Assembly: GCA_965198235.1 (NCBI GenBank)
Contig: OZ240248.1
Coordinates: 160,001 to 224,000, forward strand
DNA: 64,000 nucleotides
Source: Candidatus Poribacteria bacterium
GTDB taxonomy: Bacteria; Poribacteria; WGA-4E; WGA-3G
Direction of reading: 5' to 3'
Below the pieces are notes generated by a model. It did not search any database, was not told the DNA's origin, and worked only from the letters and a program-made list of their open reading frames with translations. Positions 48,963-59,185 of the stretch are shown piece by piece. The position numbers were made by a program, and so were the translations under genes. Within the stretch, counting starts at the first letter, position 1; every line of letters begins with the position of its first letter.

Positions 48963-49256
48963 ATGTTCAAAAAACTTTCCGCTGTGCTTCTCATCATAGG
49001 AATGTTGTGTGTCATTGGCTGTGCAACGCATACACACAAAATCGGGAACGGAGCACAAGGCACCGATATGATCGAATCACGGCAATGGTATGTGCTGTGG
49101 GGCATGGTGCCGATCAATGATGTTGATACACAGGCCATGGCAGGTGAAGCAACCGATTATAATATCATCACCGAGGTTAACCTGCTTGATGGTGTTATCA
49201 ATGCCTTTGTCGGTAGTGCCTCAATCTATTGCCGCACAGTAACTGTCCTGAAGTAA
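48963..49256 (+). CDS. Bor/Iss-like small lipoprotein
   Basis: Lipobox VIGC, WY.LWG.VP, C-terminal RTVTV. Confidence 0.65.
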   Translation: MFKKLSAVLLIIGMLCVIGCATHTHKIGNGAQGTDMIESRQWYVLWGMVPINDVDTQAMAGEATDYNIITEVNLLDGVINAFVGSASIYCRTVTVLK

Positions 49257-49365
49257 CCTATCGCTGGTTCAAACAATCCACGGGCAAAGCCGATATCTCT
49301 TTCACTTTTTGACACTGGCTTTGCCCTCTCTTAATGAATTTTGACAATCAAAAAGGAAACCCCAA

Positions 49366-49539
49366 ATGCGATCATTCAAGATTATCGTTGAAAGGCACAA
49401 GGAGGGTTATGTCGCCTATCCATTAGGTCTGAAAGGCGTTATCGTGGGGGAAGGGAATACCTACGAGGATGCCGTTGCTAACACCACCTCTGCAATTGAG
49501 TTCCATATTGAAACATTTGGGACGGAAGTACTTGAGTAG
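49366..49539 (+). pseudogene. hicB: Short or truncated HicB-family antitoxin without a toxin
   Basis: Manual translation MRSFKIIVERHKEGYVAYPLGLKGVIVGEGNTYEDAV...AIEFHIE; 57 aa. Confidence 0.7.
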
Positions 49540-49587
49540 GAAATCCTCAGAGCCGGTTTTCTGGAGGGTTATGAGCAAAGCTAAACC

Positions 49588-50661
49588 TTACGGCACTAAC
49601 TGCACTTTAATCGAATCCGCCCCTTTCTGAACCATCTCGAATCCTGTAAGATAGTCCGTCAACGGCAGTTGGTGTGTCACAATATGCTCGACATCGATTA
49701 AACCGCGATGGATATAATCGATCGCCAACGGATACGCATACGGTCCCAAATGCGAACCGTGGATGTTTAACTCTTTCGTGTCTCCAATGATCGTCCAGTC
49801 CACTGTTACCGGTTCCCGCATAACGCTAAATTCGACGAAAGTGCCTGCCTTCCGAATCATGTGCAGCCCCTGCTCAACCGCCTTCGGATGTCCCGTTGCC
49901 TCAATATAGACATCGCAGCCGTAGCCTTCTGTTAAATCCAACACCTCTTGGACAGCATCCGTTTCCGAGGGATTGAGTCCAATATCCGCTCCCAACTTTT
50001 TGGCAACCTCTAACCGTTTCGGCATCAAGTCAATGGCGATGAGTACACCGGGGTTTTTCAACTTCGCTGCACCGATCATACCGAGTCCGAGCGTCCCTGC
50101 TCCCGCAACCACAACGACATCTCCGAACTCAATGTTGCCCCGTTGCACAGCATGGATAGAACAGGCGAGCGGTTCAATCACCGCAGCACTCGCTGTCGGA
50201 ATATCAGAAGGCACCTTGTAAACAAGCGAACGTGCCGGAAACTTCATATAGTCCGCCATGCCACCGTTCACGACCGGTTGAAACCCGTAGATATTGTGGA
50301 CTTGGCAGAGCCAATACTTTCCTGTTCGACAATACCGACACTCCCAACACGGAACTATCTGCTCTGCGATAGCCGCATCACCGATTTCAAGTTTATACTT
50401 CTCACCTGCCCCCGGGCCGAGTTCCACGACTTCACCGATGAATTCGTGTCCTGCAATAACAGGTGCTTCCACATACGGTTTGCGGTGTTCATCGCCCCAG
50501 AAGAGTGGCGCGCCTGTATAACACTTAATGTCGCTCGCGCAAACTCCACACGCGTTTACCTTAATGACAACTTCACCGGGACCTGCCTTCGGCATTGGAA
50601 CCTCTTCGAGACGATAATCCCACGGTTCGCGACACATAATTGCTCGCATCGTTTTCGACAT
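49588..50661 (-). CDS. Zn-dependent polyol dehydrogenase (erythritol/L-threitol dehydrogenase-like)
   Basis: CGVCASD, GHEF, C..C..C...C, GAGTLG. Confidence 0.88.
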   Translation of the reverse strand: MSKTMRAIMCREPWDYRLEEVPMPKAGPGEVVIKVNACGVCASDIKCYTGAPLFWGDEHRKPYVEAPVIAGHEFIGEVVELGPGAGEKYKLEIGDAAIAEQIVPCWECRYCRTGKYWLCQVHNIYGFQPVVNGGMADYMKFPARSLVYKVPSDIPTASAAVIEPLACSIHAVQRGNIEFGDVVVVAGAGTLGLGMIGAAKLKNPGVLIAIDLMPKRLEVAKKLGADIGLNPSETDAVQEVLDLTEGYGCDVYIEATGHPKAVEQGLHMIRKAGTFVEFSVMREPVTVDWTIIGDTKELNIHGSHLGPYAYPLAIDYIHRGLIDVEHIVTHQLPLTDYLTGFEMVQKGADSIKVQLVP

Positions 50662-50754
50662 TTTTTTAACTATAGCCTCCCAGCCTGCTCTCTACTTCGT
50701 TACGAGCAGGTTTTCGATGAGTCTTGATATTCCTTCAGAACCTGTTCAGGCTAA

Positions 50755-50854
50755 ACCTTTTCAGCCCAGCGGGGGTTTTTGCTTGGGGTTTTTGCTTGGG
50801 TATTTCTGCGTATTGATAGGGTGTTTCCCTGCGGATTTCCCTGCGGATTTCTTC
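50755..50854 (+). repeat. Repeat family C with internal tandem reiteration
   Basis: TTTTTGCTTGGG twice and TTTCCCTGCGGA twice; the core also occurs at 43656 and 44532. Confidence 0.65.
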
Positions 50855-50918
50855 AACATCTCTGTAGAGAAACGCACCTCTATACGGGGGTATGCGAAGG
50901 ATCCGCGAAAAAAAAAAC

Positions 50919-51013
50919 AAAGCACGTAGCCCGTAATGTAATGGAGGGCGGATTTAAGGAACCCATTTGATAGTCTTAACCCACGTGGTTCCTCCGCAAG
51001 GTATAATTAAAAA
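50919..51013 (+). repeat. Family B repeat overlapping the stop of the TrmH-family gene
   Basis: GTAGCCC-GTAATGTAATGGA-GGGCGG...CCGCAAGGTATAATTAAAAA. Confidence 0.8.
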
Positions 51014-51519
51014 TGATGCAAGATGTGGTAGGCGGCAATACCGAGCGAGACATGAACGTTCAGGGATGCTCCCGCGCCATACATCGGAAGAAAAATTACC
51101 ATATCACAGGCAGCGAGCGTTCGTTTCGTTACCCCGTGATCCTCGTGTCCCACGACGAGACAGATTTTATCCGGATAGTCTGCCTCATCGTAACGGATTG
51201 ATTGCTTCGTAACTTCTAAAGCACAACTCGTGTAACCATCTGTTTTAAGCGATGCGATTGCGTCTGCTGCCTGCTCTGTGTATCGCCATTTTACCCGTCG
51301 GTGTTTCCCGCGCGCCACTTTGCGCACCAATGGGTGGGGCGGTTGTGCGCTGATACCCGTCAAAATCAGTTCTTTCACACGGCACGCGTCCGCTATCCGA
51401 AACGCGGAACCGACATTCACCGGGTCTTGTACGTCTTGTAGGATAAAAACCAGTTCTCTTTCCGGCGGTTGCACCTGCTTCAGAAAGTCTTTAAGCGGTT
51501 TGCCGCGTAGTTGTTTCAT
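51007..51519 (-). CDS. TrmH/SpoU-family RNA methyltransferase
   Basis: NVGSAFR, VGHE..GV, SLNV. Confidence 0.9.
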   Translation of the reverse strand: MKQLRGKPLKDFLKQVQPPERELVFILQDVQDPVNVGSAFRIADACRVKELILTGISAQPPHPLVRKVARGKHRRVKWRYTEQAADAIASLKTDGYTSCALEVTKQSIRYDEADYPDKICLVVGHEDHGVTKRTLAACDMVIFLPMYGAGASLNVHVSLGIAAYHILHHF

Positions 51520-51524
51520 CCAAA

Positions 51525-51672
51525 TTTTCTAATTTACCTTGCGGTTCGGTGAGGTCGGTTTGGATGTTGACGTTCTTCTCCGTAGACCCGCCCTCCACTA
51601 CGTTACGGGCTACGCGCTTTTCTAAACGCACATCCGACTCTAATTTACCTTGCGGTTCGGTGAGGTCGGTTT
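51525..51672 (-). repeat. Family B repeat (51525-51621) plus a partial duplicate (51639-51672)
   Basis: TCTAATTTACCTTGCGGTTCGGTGAGGTCGGTTT twice. Confidence 0.8.
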
Positions 51673-51755
51673 TATGAAAAAACGTCCATCTTCGTATATT
51701 CAAGCCGGTGCGATGCTTGGAGTTACGATCTCTGTCTTGGAAACTCCATCCAGCT

Positions 51756-52532
51756 TTAAGCTGCCTTACGTTGTATTAAACGTCGTCTCGCGCTTGCACG
51801 TGCAAGCCTGACATCCAACGGGATGTGGTGATAATCACTAATACCGAGGTTAATCGCATGTGCCGTTTCAAGATTGAAGCCCCACTCAATCCATTCCGGC
51901 ATATCCGCTTCTGGAATATCACCGGCGACGATAACCTTCATGATACTGATGCCCTTTCCGAGCGAATAGGCACGTTCGATGTATTCCAGATGTCGGTCAA
52001 AGGGACCGCCTTCTAACATCTTACCCTCTTTATTCGCTGTCGTCAAAATGACTTCAAGTTCTGGATGGTCAATCACCGCATCCATCACAGGACCTGTATA
52101 GATATGCGTGGAACAGCCAATAACTCGAATTGTGCCAGCGGCTTTTGCTTCTCGGAATGCGTCAAGTGCCCCCTCTCGCGATACTAAATCTTCAGGCGAG
52201 GAGATACCGTGCAATAATAGAACATCTAAGTAATCCGTTTGCATTTCCTGAAGAGAACGTGTAATGCTTGCCTTAGCACCTTCATAATCTTTCGCACCGG
52301 TCTTGGTTTGGATGACAACTTCCTCTCGGGAAATTTGACGTACTGCCTCCCCGAGATGCGGTTGACTCCCATAACCTTCGGCGGTGTCCCAGAACGTAAT
52401 CCCTTCCTCAAGAGCCTTTAACATCAGTTTGCCGCCAGCTTCGTAGTTTCCGCAGGTGTTGTTGAGATGCCCTGCCCCAAAGCAGAGGCGTGAAATTTCT
52501 AAACCCGTTTTTCCGTATTCTAAATATTCCAT
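51756..52532 (-). CDS. Aldo/keto reductase
   Basis: GKTGL.ISRL.FG, DTA..YG, TK, DYLD.LLLH. Confidence 0.9.
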   Translation of the reverse strand: MEYLEYGKTGLEISRLCFGAGHLNNTCGNYEAGGKLMLKALEEGITFWDTAEGYGSQPHLGEAVRQISREEVVIQTKTGAKDYEGAKASITRSLQEMQTDYLDVLLLHGISSPEDLVSREGALDAFREAKAAGTIRVIGCSTHIYTGPVMDAVIDHPELEVILTTANKEGKMLEGGPFDRHLEYIERAYSLGKGISIMKVIVAGDIPEADMPEWIEWGFNLETAHAINLGISDYHHIPLDVRLARASARRRLIQRKAA

Positions 52533-52791
52533 TTTATCCTCCACGTCCAGTCGCTATCCCCTTCAGCAGACCTTTCGGAGTCGTTCGTAGGTTCCCGAAA
52601 CTTGTGCTGAAGAAATCAGACTATAGTCCCGTAAACTGGTTCAGACGTTCTTGAATATACTTTAACCGACTTTCTCTAAAAAATGCAACCCTTTTTTCTT
52701 GTTAACAAATCGGTTTTCAGGTATCATAAAAATACAAATACAGTCCATCGACTATTTTTCAGAATAAATTTCTGCTGAGTTACACAAGCGT

Positions 52792-53937
52792 ATGAAGTTC
52801 AGTGGACGTACCCTTTTCAATAACACCCCTATCGAAATCGTCCTTACTGGCGGGCGCGTTCAAACAATTTGCGAAGTCCGCTCCGTCAACAGCAACACAT
52901 GGATCGCACCTGCATTGATAGATATTCAGGTGAACGGTTTCGCTGGATTCGACCTCAATGTCGCTACCGTTACGTCGGAAGATGTGTCTGCGATGATCCG
53001 CGCCCTCTGGCGGGTCGGCACCGGCTTCCTGTGTCCAACAGTCGTGACAGGTTCTTTCGAGGGAATTAGCAACTCCCTTCGTGCTGTTCTAAAAGCGTGT
53101 GAAGCGGATTCACTTGTCGTCCACTCGGTGCTTGGAATTCATCTTGAAGGACCCTATATCTCCTCTGAGGATGGACCGCGCGGGGCACATCCGTTAGAGC
53201 ATGTTAGAAAGCCAGATTGGGACGAATTTCAGCGGTGGCAGGACATTGCCGAAGGGCAAATCACCATCGTAACTTTGGCACCTGAGAAAAAGGGTGCCAT
53301 TCCGTTTATTGAAAAACTGGTTGCAAATGGGATTGTCGTCGCATTGGGACATACAGATGCTTCGGCGGACGATATTCAAGCGGCGATTGATGCTGGCGCG
53401 AGACTCTCCACACACCTCGGCAATGGTGCGCATGCCTTCATCCGGCGACATCCGAATTATATTTGGGAACAACTCGGTGCTGATGAACTCTGGGCAAGCC
53501 TTATTGTTGATGGACATCACCTACCGCCTACCGTCGCCAAGTCAATGATGCGTGCCAAGACGCTTGATCGGTGCCTCCTTGTCAGCGATGCTGTCGCTTT
53601 AGCTGGAATGAAACCCGGTGTCTATCAGTTTGCCGGAAAATCGGTGGAGTTGACCGCGGAGCGGTGTGTCCGATTGGTCGGGACAGAGTATCTCGCCGGT
53701 TCTGCCATTGAATTGGCACGTGGCATTGAGAATAGCATCCGGTTTGCGGGTATCTCCCTCGAGGAAGCGGTTTCACTCGCCACGCTGCAACCGATGCGTC
53801 TCCTTAACGCGAAAAAACGCGTAGAGGCAGAGACGAACCTGATTCTCTTTGAATGGGACGCAGCGCAATGCGAAATCAATCTGCTGGCGACAATTATTGG
53901 AAACGAATTGGTGTATCATGCGGAGGCAGAGCAGTGA
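52792..53937 (+). CDS. nagA: N-acetylglucosamine-6-phosphate deacetylase family
   Basis: DIQVNG, HLEGP, GAH, TLAPE, GHT, THLGN, DGHH. Confidence 0.82.
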   Translation: MKFSGRTLFNNTPIEIVLTGGRVQTICEVRSVNSNTWIAPALIDIQVNGFAGFDLNVATVTSEDVSAMIRALWRVGTGFLCPTVVTGSFEGISNSLRAVLKACEADSLVVHSVLGIHLEGPYISSEDGPRGAHPLEHVRKPDWDEFQRWQDIAEGQITIVTLAPEKKGAIPFIEKLVANGIVVALGHTDASADDIQAAIDAGARLSTHLGNGAHAFIRRHPNYIWEQLGADELWASLIVDGHHLPPTVAKSMMRAKTLDRCLLVSDAVALAGMKPGVYQFAGKSVELTAERCVRLVGTEYLAGSAIELARGIENSIRFAGISLEEAVSLATLQPMRLLNAKKRVEAETNLILFEWDAAQCEINLLATIIGNELVYHAEAEQ

Positions 53938-55520
53938 GGCAGATGTGGAATGATCCCAAAAGTGCTCTCGGAAGAAAAGGTTGGGTTGTACGGAGTCTTT
54001 TCGCTTTCTGCTTCACGGTGTCCGTTGCCGCACAGCAAACCGATCAAGGGGCTGAGTACTACGCACGCGGGATGCGCGCACTGCAGTTAGGGCTTTACGA
54101 TGAAGCCGTCGATGCCTTTCAACAGGTCTTGCAATTGAACCCGCAAAACGCCGAGGCGCATTGTGAACTCGGCGCGGTTTACAGGTTCAAGGAAAAAACT
54201 GATAATGCCTTGGATGCATATCTCCGCGCTTTGGAATTACCTGCCTCACCTCAAACACACGGTGTTGCCCATGTCTGTCTGGCGCGGCTTTACCATTCGC
54301 AAGGCAGGTTTGTAGACGCAGAAAAACATGGGCGACACGCTGTCGATCTACTCTCCAAAAATGCAGAGCCTTTTTTTCGGCTCGCCGATACATACGTGCA
54401 AAGAGGAAAGTTAGCGTTAGCGAAACGGGCGTATCAGCAGGCACTCACCCTGAATGCAAACCTTTCACCGGCCTATCAAGGATTGGGCAAGATCGCGTTC
54501 CTGCAGAACAGATTAGAGGAAGCCGTGCAATATTACCAGAAGGCACTTACGCTCGCACCATATCACGCCGAGACCCATTACAACCTTGCGATCGTTTATC
54601 GGCGTTTGGGACGGAGTTCGGAAGGTAATGTTGCAAAACAGAATCTGGTAGAAGCGAAAAATTTGATGACATCTTTCCAACAAGTGAAAACCTATAACGA
54701 ACAAACAAACCGGTATCGCAGACTCTTGCTGGAGCAACCGACTGCCTTGGAGCCACGCGTTAAGTTGGCAAAAGCACACATTGAGATTGGTAACCGTGCG
54801 GAAGCAATTCGCGCCTATAAAACTGCTATTGCGTTGCATCCCAAAGTCCTTCCGCTTTACCACAATTTGGGTGGACTCTACATGCAGGCAGGTCAGTTGA
54901 CAGAAGCAGTTGCAGCGTTTCAGCACGTCATTCAGCTTGATGATACCGACTCGGAAGCGTATCTTCACCTCGGTTGGCTGCACGCTCACCAACGCAAATT
55001 CACTGATGCTCAGGCTTACCTTCTAACGGCGATTCAACGAGATAAAAATTTAATCTCTGCATACTATGGGCTCGCAGAGGTCTACGCGCAACAGCGTCTG
55101 TTTGCCGACGCGATTGCTGTTTACCAACAACTAACGTCTATCCATCCGCATGAAGCACAGGCATGGGTGCGACAGGGGGTGCTGCATCTCAAACGGCAGC
55201 AGATCTCAGATGCTATTTTCGCTTTTACACAAGCAATTGCTGTAGATGAAAACTCCGCAGATGCACATAACAATCTCGCATGGCTCTATGCAACACAAGG
55301 CGAACAGTTGAAGCGTGCCGTTGAATTGGCGGAACGCGCTGTCGCGTTAGATGCGAATGCTTCGCGCTTGGATACGCTCGCCTATGCATACTATCGCTAC
55401 GGTGCGTATGCGAAAGCCGAAGGGGCTATCTCACGCGCAATCAACTTAGAACCAAACAATACCGCCTACAAAGACCGTTTGAACGAGATTCAGCAGGCGA
55501 TGGAGGCTTCGCAAAAGTGA
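53934..55520 (+). CDS. Tetratricopeptide-repeat protein, probably exported
   Basis: Many 34-aa TPR units; C-terminal NNLAW...LDTLA. Confidence 0.9.
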   Translation: MRQMWNDPKSALGRKGWVVRSLFAFCFTVSVAAQQTDQGAEYYARGMRALQLGLYDEAVDAFQQVLQLNPQNAEAHCELGAVYRFKEKTDNALDAYLRALELPASPQTHGVAHVCLARLYHSQGRFVDAEKHGRHAVDLLSKNAEPFFRLADTYVQRGKLALAKRAYQQALTLNANLSPAYQGLGKIAFLQNRLEEAVQYYQKALTLAPYHAETHYNLAIVYRRLGRSSEGNVAKQNLVEAKNLMTSFQQVKTYNEQTNRYRRLLLEQPTALEPRVKLAKAHIEIGNRAEAIRAYKTAIALHPKVLPLYHNLGGLYMQAGQLTEAVAAFQHVIQLDDTDSEAYLHLGWLHAHQRKFTDAQAYLLTAIQRDKNLISAYYGLAEVYAQQRLFADAIAVYQQLTSIHPHEAQAWVRQGVLHLKRQQISDAIFAFTQAIAVDENSADAHNNLAWLYATQGEQLKRAVELAERAVALDANASRLDTLAYAYYRYGAYAKAEGAISRAINLEPNNTAYKDRLNEIQQAMEASQK

Positions 55521-57190
55521 TGATATGTAGTCTCCGTTTTTCTTTGCTGATATATGCGTTTTTCGTAGTGTCTGTAGCGTCTGCTGTCACTTTTGTTGAA
55601 GTAGCTGAAGAGTCTGGGATTCACTTCAAGCATACCGATGGTGAAAGTGGCAAACGTCTCTTCAACGAACAATACGGGTCGGGTGGCGGTTTCTTCGATT
55701 ACGATAACGACGGATACCTTGATATCTATCTTATCAATGCTCGTCCGCAAGGGGAACAGACGAACCTATCACTACCTACAAACATCCTCTATCACAACAA
55801 TAGCGATGGCTCTTTTACGGATGTCACCAGCATCGCAGGCATGGGCGATACCCGTTACGGTGTCGGGGCAACCACCGGCGATTACGATAACGATGGCGAC
55901 ACAGACCTCTATTTAACGAACTTCGGCGACAATGCGCTTTATCGTAATAACGGGGATGGCACCTTCACGGATGTTGCAGCGTCCGCACAGGTCGCAGATG
56001 CCGGATGGGGAACGAGTTGTGCTTTTGCCGATTTCGACAACGATGGATTTCTTGAACTCTATGTGAGCAATTATGCGAAATACACCCTTGATATAGATAA
56101 ACTGTGTTATCGACACGGCATTGCTGTTTACTGTGGTCCGAGTTCCTATCCGCCTCAGCAGGATCTGTTTTATCATAACAACGGGGATGGCACTTTTGTG
56201 AATCTAACCGAACAGAGCGGTTTGTTAAGCGTCCCCGCTGCGCATGGTCTTGGTGTTGCTATTGGGGACAGCGATAACGATGGTGATGCTGATATCTACG
56301 TCGCCAACGATCAGGATTTCAATTTCCTCTTTGAAAACCGGGGCAACGGCACCTTTGAAGAGGCTGGATTGCTCTCCGGTGTTAGCTGCAGCGATATGGG
56401 AAAAGCAGAAGCTGGGATGGGAGTCGCTTTTGCAGACTACGACAATGATGGTAAGCTGGATCTCACCGTCAGCAACTTTCAGAACGAGACGAATACCCTC
56501 TATCACAATGAAGGGGACAACTTTTTCATTGATGCCACGATTCCCGCTGGTGTTGCTGAACACACACACCGCTATCTCGGGTGGGGTATCGGTTTTTTCG
56601 ATTACGATAATGACGGTTACAAAGATATATTCGTCGCAAACGGACATACCATGGATAACATCGCGGAGGTTGATCGGTCCACGACCACGCCACAACAGAA
56701 CCTACTTTTTCGGAATTTGGGCAATGGGCGATTTGCGGATGTTACAGCACAGATGGGAGAAGGCTTCGCACTACGTAAAACAAGCCGTGCAGCCGCTTTC
56801 GGAGATTATGACAACGATGGTGATATTGATATCCTCGTTACGAACTGGAATCAGACCGTCGATCTCCTGAGAAATGATGGCGGGAATCGAAACAATTGGA
56901 TACAGGTGCAAGCGGTCGGGACCAAAAGCAACCGCTCCGGTATCGGCGCACGTATCAAAGTTGTCTTCCGGACATTCGGTGGGGACGAACTCACACAGTA
57001 TGCAGAGGTGAAGAGTAGTGGAAGTTATCTCGCATTCGGTGACTTGCGTGTTCACTTCGGACTGAAAGATGCTGAAAGCATCGACTTATTGGAAATTCGT
57101 TGGAACAGCGGAACCGTTGATACTGCAACCAATCTTTCGGTAAATCGACTATTTATCGCAATTGAAGATAAAGAAATTACTTCGGAATAA
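55517..57190 (+). CDS. CRTAC1 / ASPIC-UnbV family (FG-GAP repeats)
   Basis: Repeated DYDNDG..D motifs, SNRSGIGA, HFGL. Confidence 0.92.
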   Translation: MMICSLRFSLLIYAFFVVSVASAVTFVEVAEESGIHFKHTDGESGKRLFNEQYGSGGGFFDYDNDGYLDIYLINARPQGEQTNLSLPTNILYHNNSDGSFTDVTSIAGMGDTRYGVGATTGDYDNDGDTDLYLTNFGDNALYRNNGDGTFTDVAASAQVADAGWGTSCAFADFDNDGFLELYVSNYAKYTLDIDKLCYRHGIAVYCGPSSYPPQQDLFYHNNGDGTFVNLTEQSGLLSVPAAHGLGVAIGDSDNDGDADIYVANDQDFNFLFENRGNGTFEEAGLLSGVSCSDMGKAEAGMGVAFADYDNDGKLDLTVSNFQNETNTLYHNEGDNFFIDATIPAGVAEHTHRYLGWGIGFFDYDNDGYKDIFVANGHTMDNIAEVDRSTTTPQQNLLFRNLGNGRFADVTAQMGEGFALRKTSRAAAFGDYDNDGDIDILVTNWNQTVDLLRNDGGNRNNWIQVQAVGTKSNRSGIGARIKVVFRTFGGDELTQYAEVKSSGSYLAFGDLRVHFGLKDAESIDLLEIRWNSGTVDTATNLSVNRLFIAIEDKEITSE

Positions 57191-57328
57191 AAATTTTGTT
57201 TTTTTGTTGAAAAAATAGTGAAATTATGTATAATAAAGATATGGCGTACAGGAACTTACGCAAATGTTTCTTTGCGTAAATCGTTTGTGTCAATTCTAAT
57301 GTAAGTTTTAAATAGGAGGAAAATTGTA

Positions 57329-58159
57329 ATGAAACCGGTTCTTGTAATACTTGCCACCGCTGTGCTGGCAATTGGCATTTCGGTTTCTGCGTACGCAGAC
57401 ATAAATAAGGGGATCGTCGCTGCCTGGACATTTGACGATGGGAAGGTAACGGATGTCGTTGGGGATGCACACGGCGAACTCTTTAAGGCTGCCAAAATTG
57501 CCGATAAGGGCAAATATGGTAAGGCATTGGACGTGGATGGTAGTAAAGACACACGTGCGGACATTGAGTTCAATGCTGACCTTGAGAAAATTATTGAGGG
57601 ACCACATACCGTTGCTTATTGGCTCTACGTCCGAAACGGCGCAAATCACTCTGGTGTCTGGAAGGGCGAGAAGGTCGGATGGGGGGCGTTCTTCACCTTT
57701 CGTATGGTGACGACCAGTAGTACCGGTCTGACCTGGGGAACAACAAATGGCGGATCTGAAAACTGGTTCGCGACGGATGGTGCCATTGAAGCCGAGAAGT
57801 GGTTCCTTCTCTGCCAGACGGCGGATGGTGAAGAAGCCATAGGGTATGTGGCTCTGGACGGTAAGGTGCCAGAAATACCTGTCAGTGGTCAACAGAACCC
57901 GCATATCGCACCGGAACCTTACAACCTGTTTCCAGACCGACCTTTGGAACTCGGTGCGGGACGGCAAATTGGTGGTAATCAAGGAAACGATATGTTCCTT
58001 GATGGAATGATCGACGATGTCATCATCTGGGATCGCGCCTTATCGGAAGACGAGGTTGCTGATCTCGCGAAAGGCCAGCCCAGTCAGGGGCTCGCTGTCA
58101 AAGCGGAAGGCAAATTAGCCACTACCTGGGGGAAGGTCAAATCCTATCACCATCGTTAA
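57329..58159 (+). CDS. Secreted LamG-like jellyroll protein with a GKLATTW tail
   Basis: Signal peptide, W.FDDG, GMIDDV.IW.RALS, AVKAEGKLATTWGKVK. Confidence 0.88.
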   Translation: MKPVLVILATAVLAIGISVSAYADINKGIVAAWTFDDGKVTDVVGDAHGELFKAAKIADKGKYGKALDVDGSKDTRADIEFNADLEKIIEGPHTVAYWLYVRNGANHSGVWKGEKVGWGAFFTFRMVTTSSTGLTWGTTNGGSENWFATDGAIEAEKWFLLCQTADGEEAIGYVALDGKVPEIPVSGQQNPHIAPEPYNLFPDRPLELGAGRQIGGNQGNDMFLDGMIDDVIIWDRALSEDEVADLAKGQPSQGLAVKAEGKLATTWGKVKSYHHR

Positions 58160-58248
58160 GTACAATTAACGGTCTAAAGAACAGCGCGAGTTTGTGAGAT
58201 TCTATCGCAAACCCGCTCAGTTAGATTAAAACGATAAGGAGCTTTATT

Positions 58249-59094
58249 ATGAAGCAAATTTGTCTGTTTTTCATTTTAGCACTTATGGTATTCAGTGCCA
58301 ACAGTTACGCTGAACTTGAAGATGGTCTCGTCTCTGCTTGGAACTTTGACGATGGCTCGGCGAACGATTCCGTCGGAAGTAACGACGGCGAATTTGTGAA
58401 CGGTGCTAGCACCACAGGCGCGGAATTCGGCATGGCACTCACCCTTGAGAATCCCGAGAACCCGGCAACCGGTGAAGACACTGGACAGTACGTCGCAATC
58501 CCGTCATCACCAAGCCTTGAAAAAGAAAACGGTATCTTCTCTGTCTCCTTGTGGGTCTACGTCAATACTGGCGGCGGTAGGAACCACGCTGCGATGTTCT
58601 TCAAAGGCAACAAGGTCGGTTGGGGTGATCACTTCATGATACGGATGTGTACCACGAGTGACACCAACATGACCTGGGGCAGCTGTTGGGCAGGTAGCGA
58701 AGGTTGGTTCGCCACCAACGATGTTTACGAAGTAGAGGAATGGGTTCACGTCGCTTATGTTGTTGATGGTGAGGAAGCGACAGCGTATGTGACCTCCTCT
58801 GTTACCGGTGATACTGTCGTCCCCGCCAGTGGACAGTCCAATCCGAGAGCAATTACCACGCCGCTGCTGACGTTCCCAGAGCGTCCGGTTGAACTCGGTG
58901 TCGGACGACAAGTCGGTGGTACTGCCGGCAATGACTTCTGGATTGATGGTATGATTGACGAAGTCTACTTCTGGGAACGGGCTCTCAGTGAGGACGAAGT
59001 AAAGGAACTCGCTGATGGTGCACTTCTCGGTGCCGTCGCTGTGGAAGCACAAGGCAAACTCGCTACCACGTGGGCGCACATCAAGAAACGCTAA
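58249..59094 (+). CDS. Secreted LamG-like jellyroll protein with a GKLATTW tail (paralog)
   Basis: Signal peptide, WNFDDG, GMIDEV..W.RALS, AVEAQGKLATTWAHIK. Confidence 0.88.
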   Translation: MKQICLFFILALMVFSANSYAELEDGLVSAWNFDDGSANDSVGSNDGEFVNGASTTGAEFGMALTLENPENPATGEDTGQYVAIPSSPSLEKENGIFSVSLWVYVNTGGGRNHAAMFFKGNKVGWGDHFMIRMCTTSDTNMTWGSCWAGSEGWFATNDVYEVEEWVHVAYVVDGEEATAYVTSSVTGDTVVPASGQSNPRAITTPLLTFPERPVELGVGRQVGGTAGNDFWIDGMIDEVYFWERALSEDEVKELADGALLGAVAVEAQGKLATTWAHIKKR

Positions 59095-59114
59095 GTATTA
59101 TTAACCCGAAACAG

Positions 59115-59149
59115 AAAGGCTCCGGATTTCACGAATCCAGAGCCTTTTT
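59115..59149 (+). terminator. Intrinsic terminator
   Basis: AAAGGCTCCGGATT-TCACG-AATCCAGAGCCTTTTT. Confidence 0.7.
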
Positions 59150-59185
59150 GTTTATTAAATACCACAGTATCGGAGGAGATACGCG

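Noticed and set aside
46566-49580. Integron cassette array
   Set aside because: No integrase and no consistent attC (RYYYAAC...GTTRRRY) structures between the genes.
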